From: Macrostomum lignano
Taxonomy: Eukaryota
Length of the DNA stretch: 64,000 bases
Assembly: GCA_002269645.1 (NCBI GenBank)
Contig: NIVC01002366.1
Coordinates: 116,251 to 180,250, forward strand
Direction of reading: 5' to 3'
Shown: positions 1 to 10,900 of the stretch, piece after piece
Position numbering within the stretch: the stretch's first letter is position 1
Layout: every line of letters starts with the position of its first letter
The notes under the pieces: model-generated
The model's database searches: none
What the model was told of the DNA's origin: nothing
What the model saw: the letters and a program-made list of their open reading frames with translations, nothing else
Translations under genes and position numbers: made by a program

Positions 1-1
1 G

Positions 2-557
2 CTGCCACAGCGGCACTTAATTTGGTCCAACAAGCATCAATTTGGTCCAGATTCTTGTGAGCCAATGGCAAGCTCTTGCCTTCTTGCAACTGCCTAAGGG
101 AATGTCAGCGTCTGTACCAGCAATTTTCAGTCGCTTTTCCAGAGCTCTGCTGATAGTCCAAATCTGATAACCAACTGGAACTTTTCCTTCAACTGCTGCT
201 GCATTTTCTGCAACGTCAACAAAGGGTTCGTCTCAATTGCATTAAGTAGCAGTTGGACCTGAGTCTCTAGCAACTTGCCGTGGCGATTGCCACCTTACCA
301 CAGGCGACCTATGCCAGAAGTGGTTTTAACACGCAGATGGATGCTGTAAACCATTTTTCTTCTATATTCAGCAGCCTTGCAATGTCCTTTGGGTGTTCAC
401 CTCTGTTGAGTGCTTTGATGACAAGTCAGTGGCATACGTTCGACAACCTAGCATGGTTCACAATTCTGGGGCTGATCTTGCTCCTCTGCAACAGTTGAAA
501 ATAAAGCTATGGACCAAACTGATGCTTGTTGGACCAAATTAAGTGCCGCTGTGGCAG
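2..557 (-). mobile_element. Non-autonomous Tc1/IS630-like DNA transposon derivative with 48-bp TIRs and a decayed N-terminal HTH transposase remnant
   Basis: 2-49 (CTGCCACAGCGGCACTTAATTTGGTCCAACAAGCATCAATTTGGTCCA) is the reverse complement of 510-557 with 1 mismatch. The minus strand translates to VIKALNRGEHPKDIARLLNI...GGNRHGKLLETQVQLLLNAIETNPLLTLQKMQQQLKEKF with stops, resembling the HTH region of IS630/Tc1 transposases. No catalytic domain is visible and the TSD cannot be seen at the window edge. Confidence 0.65.
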
Positions 558-652
558 TCTTGCTACCATAGACAAAGGCTCCGTTACATTGGCAAACCTA
601 TCTTGGATTAAATTAAATGCGTGTCAGCCGAAATAGGCTGCCAAAAGCTATA

Positions 653-2764
653 CTCTTGCGTATATGTACAATGCTTTTGGCAAAATTGTCTCACAACGAC
701 TGGCGAGGCAATTGTACCCATTATTGCTGATTTCTGACCACATGTACACACAGCACATGCTCACATAGCACATGCTCACACAGCACATGCTCACACAGAG
801 TGTACAGCAGGCTTGATTATACAATGGATGCCAGAGCATGTGCGAGGGATGTTCCATAAGTACTTATACTTTTGCATGCTGCTCAGGAACTACGCAACCA
901 ATCATTGTAAGTTTTATGTCGCTGGAAAGCGGCTTTACTCATCTTTAATCTGTCGCCAAAATCATTTCGTTCTGTCAACTATGTCAAAAGTTACAACAAA
1001 AAACGTAGTCAAAGGTCACCCATAGACTTACAAGAAATTTTCAAAATCAAAACTTCAAAGTTCAGCACGCAGAGTTATTTCGGATTCTACATAATGCATT
1101 CTTTTTTGCTTCATAAGCGAATGCCACACCCTTTTCGTCTATGGAAAATACTGGCCTAAGCTTTCACAGCATCTTAATCTTGTAAAGTTTCACCACCTTG
1201 GCTGCTGCTGCATCACCATGGATGTGAACTCAAGGGAAGGACAGCGCGCTGCAATTTTTACCCTCTGGAAACTCGGAAAAAAGCGATCAGAGATTTATGC
1301 GGATTTATGCAACATTCATGGAGCTAATGCGGTGAGCAGGATGACCGTCTACAACTGGGTTGAGCAGTTCGAAGCAGGAAGGACCAATGTTGCTGATTTG
1401 CCGAGGTCGGGCCGCCCCTGCACATCAGGCTCTGATGCTCTCACCGATCGAATTCTTGATCTGCTGGACGAAGATTGTCGGCTAACGATTCGACAGATTG
1501 CAGATAGACTGGACACGCCGAGCACAACTGTGCATCGCTGCTTGTCGCGCATGGACTTTGTCAAGCTGACTGCTCGTTGGGTGCCACGCCTACTCACCTC
1601 GGACTTGAGACTGCAGAGGCAGCAGATTTGTCAGGCCAATATTCGGATGATGGAAGAATACGGTGGTTGGGATCTCTTCCATCGAATGATAGTCACTGGA
1701 GATGAAACCTGGATTCCCCATTTTGATCCACCAACGAAACGTGATTCCCAGGTCTGGATGCTGAAGGGCTCTGATCCTCCGGTAAAAGCTCAAAGGGACG
1801 CACATGGAAAGAAGATCATGCTGTCTCTGTTTTTCGACTGCAATGGTCCTCTAACTGTCGAGTTTTTGGAGCCAAACACTACAATAAACTCTGAGCGCTA
1901 CGTTGAAACGCTAACAAAGCTGCATCATGACATCCAGAACAAGCGTCGTGAAAATCCCAGACCTTTCATTCTTCATCATGACAATGCAAGGCCTCATACA
2001 GCACAAAAGACAGTCGAGGCAATCAGCAAGCTGAAGCTCCATCTTCTACCTCACCCTCCTTACTCTCCAGACCTGGCACCAGCAGACTTTGCTTTATTTC
2101 CAGAGTTGAAGCGCCATCTGAAAGGACGCGTGTACGAGACCAGGAACCAGATCGAGGAGGAAGTCCGCAGAATTCTGCTGTATGTCATCCCCCGACAGCT
2201 GTACGCAGAAGCCATCAAAAGCATGTTTAACAGGTGGACCAAGTGCATCAACTCCGGTGGAAACTACGTTGAGAAGGTGTCGGTACCGACCGAGGATGAG
2301 TGACAAAGAAGTCAAACTTTCTGTCATCAACAACGCGCCTCTGTTTTCATGCTTGCCATTGTAGTTGTTGCTCTTTAAATTTCTTGTAAGTCTATGGGTA
2401 ACCTTTGACTACGTTTTTTGTTGTAACTTTTGACATAGTTGACAGAACGAAATGATTTTGGCGACAGATTAAAGATGAGTAAAGCCGCTTTCCACCGACA
2501 TAAAACTTACAATGATTGGTTGCGTAGTTCCTGAGCAGCATGCAAAAGTATAAGTACTTATGGAACATCCCTCGCACATGCTCTGGCATCCATTGTATAA
2601 TCAAGCCTGCTGTACACTCTGTGTGAGCATGTGCTGTGTGAGCATGTGCTATGTGAGCATGTGCTGTGTGTACATGTGGTCAGAAATCAGCAATAATGGG
2701 TACAATTGCCTCGCCAGTCATTGTGAGACAATTTTGCCAAAAGCATTGTACATATACGCAAGAG
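653..2764 (+). mobile_element. Full-length mariner (DD34D) transposon with 388-bp terminal inverted repeats and a TA target duplication
   Basis: 653-1040 and 2377-2764 are inverted repeats (3 mismatches found by eye). TA flanks both ends (651-652, 2765-2766). The element contains an intact transposase ORF. Confidence 0.95.
1218..2303 (+). CDS. Mariner transposase, 361 aa, intact
   Basis: N-terminal HTH followed by the motifs WVPRLL, IVTGDETW, HHDNARPH and PYSPDLAPADF. There are 34 residues between the second and third Asp (DD34D). Confidence 0.97.
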   Translation: MDVNSREGQRAAIFTLWKLGKKRSEIYADLCNIHGANAVSRMTVYNWVEQFEAGRTNVADLPRSGRPCTSGSDALTDRILDLLDEDCRLTIRQIADRLDTPSTTVHRCLSRMDFVKLTARWVPRLLTSDLRLQRQQICQANIRMMEEYGGWDLFHRMIVTGDETWIPHFDPPTKRDSQVWMLKGSDPPVKAQRDAHGKKIMLSLFFDCNGPLTVEFLEPNTTINSERYVETLTKLHHDIQNKRRENPRPFILHHDNARPHTAQKTVEAISKLKLHLLPHPPYSPDLAPADFALFPELKRHLKGRVYETRNQIEEEVRRILLYVIPRQLYAEAIKSMFNRWTKCINSGGNYVEKVSVPTEDE

Positions 2765-2879
2765 TAATTTTCAAGTATATATATGCACTGTATCTTAGGG
2801 CTGGCACAAGAGTCAAAATGCACTTGCAGCTAAGCTACGCTGCTCTCTGCCAGAAACACAAAACAGCTCCATAGTTTTC

Positions 2880-5800
2880 AGAGCTATTCTTAAGAGACAA
2901 GCAATAGAATCTCTAAGAAATATAGATTCCCATTGAAATTGAGTCAGGTTGCTACAATGCCTAGATCATGGATCAACTTGGGATTTTTATGAAGTTATCA
3001 TGCTTTAAATTATGAAGCATTAGTTTTTTATTAAAATATAGGTCAACAAGATAGGTAACAAGATACTAGCCTGCTAAATAGAACAAACTGAATATAGTCT
3101 AAACTGTACACATTTTTTCTGCATATTTGTTGAGTTGGCAAAATAAGCAACAATGCTTCTTGTTGGTTATATGAGAATGCCATTTAATTCTCAAATAAAA
3201 TTTTGGGATTTAATAAACCCAAAATATGTTTTGCTATATATCTTATAGAGAATTTTCTACTATTTGGTCATAACCTTTAGAGGATTAAATTGTACTTAGA
3301 TACATATAGCATTCTTGCTTCTAATAAAAGAGTGTAAACTCTTATAAAGGATATTCAATATTCTAAATTATATTAGGGTTTAAGTAAATATTAGGCCAAA
3401 CACAAAATATATTTTTAAAAAAATTTTTGCTTATAAATTTAAAATATAAGATAGATACCTACTAACAAAACATTTTTTGCATATGGATCTTAATAAAAAA
3501 TATTTTTAAAGATTATAATTTGGCTATTTTTACTTTATAAATTAGTTGGTCTACTATACAAGGATTTTTATAGATTCTTAAAAATAAACTATAGCTAGGC
3601 ATAAGATCTTATATACTAAATCTTAAAAAGCCTATGGGCTATAGATGCACAATACTATAAATTGAACATAAAATATTTAAATTTTAACTAAAATTTTAAA
3701 GCATAAAAAATATTTTTTAATATAAACTATAAGCCTAATGGGGCTATAAAGATAAAGTTAATCAATAATCTAATTAATTATTACTGATTAAAAAAGACTA
3801 AAAAGCCCTTTGTCTATATAACTTAAGCAATTTTAGGTAGCCTAGGCCTAAGCATTTTAAGTAGGCCTACTTGAATTTTATCAAGTAAAATAGCTTAGGT
3901 CTTTTGAAGATTGCAGAATAAGAACTAGTGATAGATCCAAACATTTGGATTTGGAATCTGAAAAAATGTCAAACTTTTTTAGAAATATGAATGTTTTAGA
4001 TTAGGAATTTTTATTTATCAAATATTTCCCAATGTGCTTCCAAATATGAAAAAAGTCAAGAAACCTCAAGTCGCAAAAACATTTTGGTAGTCATTGTTTA
4101 AGTGTAATCATTAGTTGGATTTTTACAAAATGCAAATACATGAATTTATGGTAAAAGTTTTCAAATAGCAAAGATGTAATAGTAGTTAGTATTAATAATT
4201 AGAATTAGCTAGATTAGTTATATAAGAATTAAGTTTGAATCAAACTTATTTATTCTTTACTAAGTTTTAATTCTTGCAATTTTGCTTGAATTTCACTTGA
4301 AGAGTAGACTAGTTGCTTACTTAGATTACTAATTAGATGATGAAGGATTTTGTTATTTAAAAGTGTTAAAGTTATTACTGCCATTTACCTTTTACTTTTC
4401 AGTTACTTTTGGAAACACATTTGGATATTTGGATTTGAATTAGGAAATTTTTGTACTTTTAGATTCAGTTTTAGAAATTTGCAAAAATTTATATCTGGTC
4501 TATCACTAATTTTGTTAAACTGGCATGTTTCTTAAATTAAAAAAATCAACTTGATTTCATTTAATTTACTATATCCTATATACACGGCTACACTTTGCAT
4601 ATATACAAGACTTAATTAGATAAAGACAATATCTATCAACAATACTATATGATATACAGTTTTAATCAAAATTATAAAATGTGAGAAATCTATTTTAATA
4701 TTGTTTCTTGAGTCATGTGCTTATATTTGATTTTTCAACAAATTAAGACAAAAAATTAAATAAAATGAGACAAAATGAATAATATCTTGTTATTTTAAAG
4801 TAAAAAGATATTGCAAAGCAGTTATTAATAAATAATGGCTTTTTTATATCTAACTCTAATTTATAATTTAAGCACCAAAAAACAAACTGTGGCATTGAAA
4901 TACTAAGTACTAAAAAGCATAGGCACTAAAAAGCATAGATACTATATGTCTATAGCAATAATATTTAAAAGTCTCGTTTTACTTAGACTTAGATAAGGTT
5001 GCAGTGACCTTGTACTAGGGACTAACCTTTTTTAACCTTCTAATACACTAAAAATAAAATTCTTGCTTGTATGTGTGCAATTGATTATTTCCCAAAAGGC
5101 TCAACCAATTTTCTTCCTTTTTGCCAAAATTTTATACAAGGTGGCCTATATTCAATATAAACATTTCATTTTAGAAAATTTTGCCTAAATGGTATTTTTT
5201 CTATATTTTAGGCATCTTAAATTCTTACATGCTTCTTGAATTCTAGAATGTTCTACAAGAGACTAGGCCTATAAATATAGGCAGTTGTTATTTATTAGAC
5301 AAATAGCAATATGGTTATTTGTCCAGTTACTGAATAATAGCCACGTTTCCTTATTCATCCAGTTAATACCAGACAAATAGGCATTTTGTTATTTGTCCAG
5401 TTATATTAATAATCTATTTTACAGAAACTACAAAGGTGAATATTCTTGGATTTCAAAGATTTCTTACTCCTATCTTGATTATTATGTTGTTGTACTAGTG
5501 TATATCTTAAGTTATAAAATTATGGCGAATTGCATACACACCATAGTTTTATCATGCTGGGCACACCTGAAAAAATTGAATAATTACAAATACATGCTGA
5601 AAAAATGTAGTGCACACCCATTTTTTAAAAAAATAGGCCAGTGTTGTGACAATAAATGACTTTTTTATGTTGTGACCAAAAAGACATTTTTTTAAATTGC
5701 GCAATAGACCCTTATTACTAGATAATTTGGTTGCTTTTTATGCTTTTTCAGTGATACTATTTATAGCAAAAAATTTATACACATAAAGATTTGTTTAAAT

Positions 5801-6700
5801 GCTCTTTTACAAGCTTGAAAAAGTGGAAAGCTTGAAATTTGTACTTTAAAATGAACTTTTTTCATCTTTTTTATTTCAAAATAACTCTTATGTGTGATTC
5901 TATACAGTGCATACTATAACTAGGTATGCACGCATACTATTTTCTTAGGAGTGATGCATGCCAATTGTGCATGCCTAATTTTGGCGTACAAGGCCAATGC
6001 ATGCCTGAATTTTCAGGCATAGGCCATATACTACATGATCTAGAGTGTGGCATACACATTATGTATATCTGCTTTGCTTGCACTAGTATATAACAAAATA
6101 TTAATCAGGATATAAAAATGTCTTAAAAATCTAAAATATTCTTCATTAAATAAATAGATACTTGTGTTAGCAATTTAATTAGACAAATAACAAATAGGCT
6201 ATGCCTATTTGTCAAGTCATTGGACAAATAACAATTACCATAAATATATGCTAAGCACTTAGCCAATAACAGGTGTCTTTTTGCTCATTTGCTTTCACTT
6301 AATTTGTTTAACCAAACATCTTTAAAGAACCATTGCCTTTATGCCTTGTTTATTTAATGCCATTATAGAGTCTTTATTAATTTATATAAAACTTATACAT
6401 ATTGTCTAATATTAATATAATAGGCCCTAAAAATTTATATCATGAACATTGATTAATTAGACATTTAGTAATTTTTTAGGCCTATACTTTAAGTTTAAAT
6501 TAGGCTAGAGCAAGGCCATTCTAAATAAATTACATTAGTAATTAGTATTATTAGCCTTAGCCTATATGTGCAATATGCTATTACATAATATTATCTAACA
6601 ATTGAGGTATAGAAATAGGCCTATACGATACATTACTGCAATTACATTACAATCTAAAATTTTAAGTCTGAATATATATATAAGACATTTTTAACGCGAT
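2880..6700. other. AT-rich, CpG-depleted block of decayed repeats
   Basis: Only about 10 CpG seen in ~3.8 kb. TAGGCCTA/AGGCCT motifs recur, as do degenerate repeated motifs (TTATTTGTCCA/GGACAAATAAC near 5290-5400 and 6170-6240). No credible ORF. Confidence 0.75.
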
Positions 6701-7961
6701 TGCGTGTAATTTGAGACCTGAAAGGTCTATGAATGCAAGATGCAGATTCAAACAAGCTCATTTATTCAGTAAACGACAATAATAGACTACGAAGACTACG
6801 AAGACACTAATATAACAGACACGTTGAGATTAGCGTTTGATTTTTTTAGTTTTGAAACGTTCAAGTGTATTTCTTTCAAAAAAACAACTAGACATGGTTT
6901 CTTAGAAATTGTGCTAATTTTTACTTTTACTTTTACTTTTATAATATTGAGTGTGATTTTTTAGGACACCAAAGTAAATTTCCAGCAAATCCTATTGCAG
7001 AGTTGACACCCCTGTGAATTTGTTCACAATTGTGTTAACAATAGCCGTTCGCGTTCAACATTTCATTATCGAATCCAGAAGTAGAAGGAAGTAAGCAGAC
7101 TCGATTTACTGCAAAAATGAGCTGAAGACCAGTAAAGAACGTATTTTGGTATTGCGAGGGCATTTAGTATATGCGCTCCAAAAATTAAATTTCTGGAGAA
7201 CCCCATTCAGCGCTGTTCGAAAGATCAACAACCGGACAAGGGAGCTGCATGACTTTGTATGCAATATGAAACGACACTGGCGTTACACGGGAGTTTTAAT
7301 GAGAGGCCAAAACTCTCAGGGTGCCTTTTGGTGTCTTGTTTGGCGCCCCCGTCTCTTGGTTGGTGCAGCTAGGCACTCAGCTCCTTGGTGCAGTGCGCGT
7401 TCCTATACATGTATCTCTTTGGTTGGGTCGGGTGGATGCCACATCCACAAGAAGTGGTAAAATTTGAGCTTCTATCATGCGTCCAGCTTGATTAAGTTTG
7501 TTATTTAATTTTTAAAAAGCACAATTGTGTGGGGCGATTGGGGATGGGAGGGCTGTTGAGCGTATAAGGCCGGTTGCCTACAGCTGTATGTGACAGATCA
7601 TGATCGGCAGACCAATCAGAGCGAGGCTTCGGCATCAATGATATAGGCCAATTAGCTTTTATCAATCAAAACAATTAGGAGCTAATGCAAATAAAATTAC
7701 ATGTAAGAGCTAAATTCACATGCGAAGACTCGATCTTCTCAAATTGCTTTTTGGAGAACTCTAAAGCGCACAGCTCGCATGGAGGAACGCTCGTAAATTA
7801 TAGTAAAAAATGTGGTGAGCTGAACCAAATATTAAAGAATACAAGTATGTCGCCTTTCAATTGCAGTGCCAGATTACACCAACAAAACCTAGCTATAGAC
7901 TGCTGCACCGGTTGCTCCAACAAATTACGATAAACCTATCTAATAACATTCCTTTTCAAAG

Positions 7962-10900
7962 GACCTTCTCGCTTCGGCCGTGCCTGACACTTCCGCTGCT
8001 TATGGTGTTGATGACCGAATTCGCAGCCGGCTTTAAATTCTTGGCCGCCGTGGTTGTCGAGGAGGCAGACGATGCGGGCGCTCCGTCAGTGCAGCCGGAC
8101 TTCGTGGCATCGGTGTTCAGCCACACTGTGGTGCGCAACTGGAGGCTGTTGCCAGAGGACACATTGGCTTTCTTTGAAGTCCGATTCCCAGCAGATCGAC
8201 CGTTGCAAGCGCTCAAGCGAGGTAGGCTGATGAGAGCTCGGCTTCCCGGCAAGCTGGACGATGAGGTTGATCCGGTTTTTGTAGCATGCTGTGCCCGATT
8301 ATATGTGCTGTGCCTGAGTTCTATCAAGGTGCACTAATGTCCCTAAATTACCCCATTCGACAAACAAAAAGCTCTCAAACAGAGTTTTTAATGGTAATAA
8401 AGTACCACTTGAGCCATGCACACTCGCTCGAATACATACAAAGGAATTTTGTTTCCGTTTCCAATTTCTAACTTGCACTGAAAAGTACACGGCCACGGCG
8501 ACGGAATTCCGAACGCGATTATCCTGGTCGCCGGCTGCAGCTCGCTGACCGAGTTCGACCGCTTTTCAACATCTCTACAGCTTCCTCTGCTGTCGGTACC
8601 CACCGAGCTGTGCGACATCTCAGAGATTGGAAGTGAGCGAATTTATTACGCACTTATTTTAAATGCCTCTGGCCTCACACTGCCGACGAATCTCCCCCCA
8701 GACTTCACAGTGCTGGTGTCGCACGCCCCGCGTCACTACATTCTTGCCTTCGCTGCCGTTCTGCGCTACTCTGGCGCCGAGAACGCCCTGGTTATCAACG
8801 ACCGCTACCAAGGTAGAAATCCACAGTCATGGCAACCTAACGTACACACAACTCCCCATTACCTCAACAATAATGGCCGCCTCCCCTTAACTGCCAGCAC
8901 CCAGCCACATCAATCAACTGCAAGACGAGCTTGCCAAGGCCAACAGCTCAGCCCTGACGGTTCAGCTGGACGCAACCGAGGACGCTGTCTCGACTCTCTC
9001 TCTACTAAAAACCCAGAAACTGCGTCACGTGATCTTGCTGGCTCGGCCGGCCAGTGCGCTGGCTCTTCTCGCTGCAGCTAGCAGTAGCGGACAGCTGGGC
9101 CAGAGCTTCTTCTGGACCGTCAGCGACCCCTCTGGACGATTGGCAGCTTTGATGACACCACTGCTACAAGATTTTTCCAACGTTGCACTTCTGAGCGAGG
9201 GCTGGCGGCGACCGGCGGCGACTATTGCGTATTGTCCGCTAGCACTGACGAAGCTGCTGGGGAAGGCCGCCTGCAAAGTGGCAACGGTAGCTGACAACCT
9301 GACTGACTGACTGACTGACTGACTGACTGACTGACTGACTGACTGACTGACTGACTGACTGACTGACTGACTGACTGACTGACTGACTGACTGACTGACT
9401 GACTGACTGACTGACTGACTGACTGACTGACTGACTGACTGACTGACTGACTGACTGACTGACTGACTGACTGACTGACTGACTGACTGACTGACTGACT
9501 GACTGACTGACTGACTGACTGACTGACTGACTGACTGACTGACTGACTGACTGACTGACTGACTGACTGACTGACTGACTGACTGACTGACTGACTGACT
9601 GACTGACTGACTGACTTGAGTGAGTGGGTGACTGACTGACTGACTGACTGACTGACTGACTGACTGACTGACTGACTGACTGACTTGAGTGAGTGGGTGA
9701 CTGACTGACTGACTGACTGACTGACTGACTGACTGACTGACTGACTGACTGACTGACTGACTTGAGTGAGTGGGTGACTGACTGACTGACTGACTGACTG
9801 ACTGACTGACTGACTTGAGTGAGTGGGTGACTGCCTGACTGACTGACTGACTGACTGACTGACTGACTGACTGACTGACTTGAGTGAGTGGGTGACTGAC
9901 TGACTGACTGACTGACTGACTGACTGACTGACTGACTGACTGACTGACTGACTGACTGACTGACTGACTGACTGACTGACTGACTGACTGACTGACTGAC
10001 TGACAAGAAATCTTTCTAATAAATTTCCAAGGCGCAGCAGCTGAGATTCGTCGATGCCGTCGAGTCGCTGGCCTTGGCTCTCAACGAGTCTCGAGAGGCA
10101 GCAGCCGATTCTGAACGGGCGAGTCTTGGATACAAAGTGATGGAGCGGCTGCTGTCGGTGAGCACATCGAGACCTCAGTCCCTGTTCAGTTGGAAAGACG
10201 CGGGCTATAGATATAGTTTTGATTGCTCCAACGCCCCCCTCCCCAGATTTCGAGCTACGTCACCGAGCGCGGCTTCGTCGCCTACAGCGCACCCGACCGC
10301 AGTTTCAACGCGTCCGGCCTTGACCTGCTGGCCAGCCGCACCCGGAGACTCGAAGGCCGGACCGACTTGAAGCTGACAGCGCGCTTTGACTCCACTGAAG
10401 GGCTGCTGGTGCCGCTGCAGGTTGACGAGGGCCGCGGACTGCTGTTCCCCAACACTTTCCGCGGACTGAAAAACCGAACGCTGGTAATCTGTTCACCTGA
10501 GGTTTGTTCTCACCTTGTTGAGTGTTTTGGTTCACTTCAATTGAAGACAATTGTTGAATTTAAGAGCTAGGAGACTTAACAAGTTCTTACGTCGGATGCT
10601 TGCATTGCAGTACCCACCATTTACCAAGTACCAGCACGAGCACCCCAACTCAACAGTGCATGTCAGCGGAATGATTGTGGAGGTACTGAGCTTTCTCAGC
10701 AGTCGGATGAAATTCAGGTGGGCAAGCTTCAGCTTTCATGTTAATTTCACCTCCCGAGTCGACTGTTTCACTCGCATAAATCACCTGCAAGTCACTTAGC
10801 AGCCGAAATGAACATTGTTAATCTGACAAGGCAAGTACCGATGAGCCATTAAGCAGCAATCGGCAATGCACCTGAGTAGGCCTAGCGTAGGGAGAAGGAA

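Noticed and set aside
648-1025. Duplicated small ORFs (MEHPSH..., MIIQWM...) at both ends of the mariner
   Set aside because: They are chance translations of the TIRs.
9239-10006. 255-aa SQSV-repeat ORF
   Set aside because: It is the translation of an intronic (GACT)n microsatellite.
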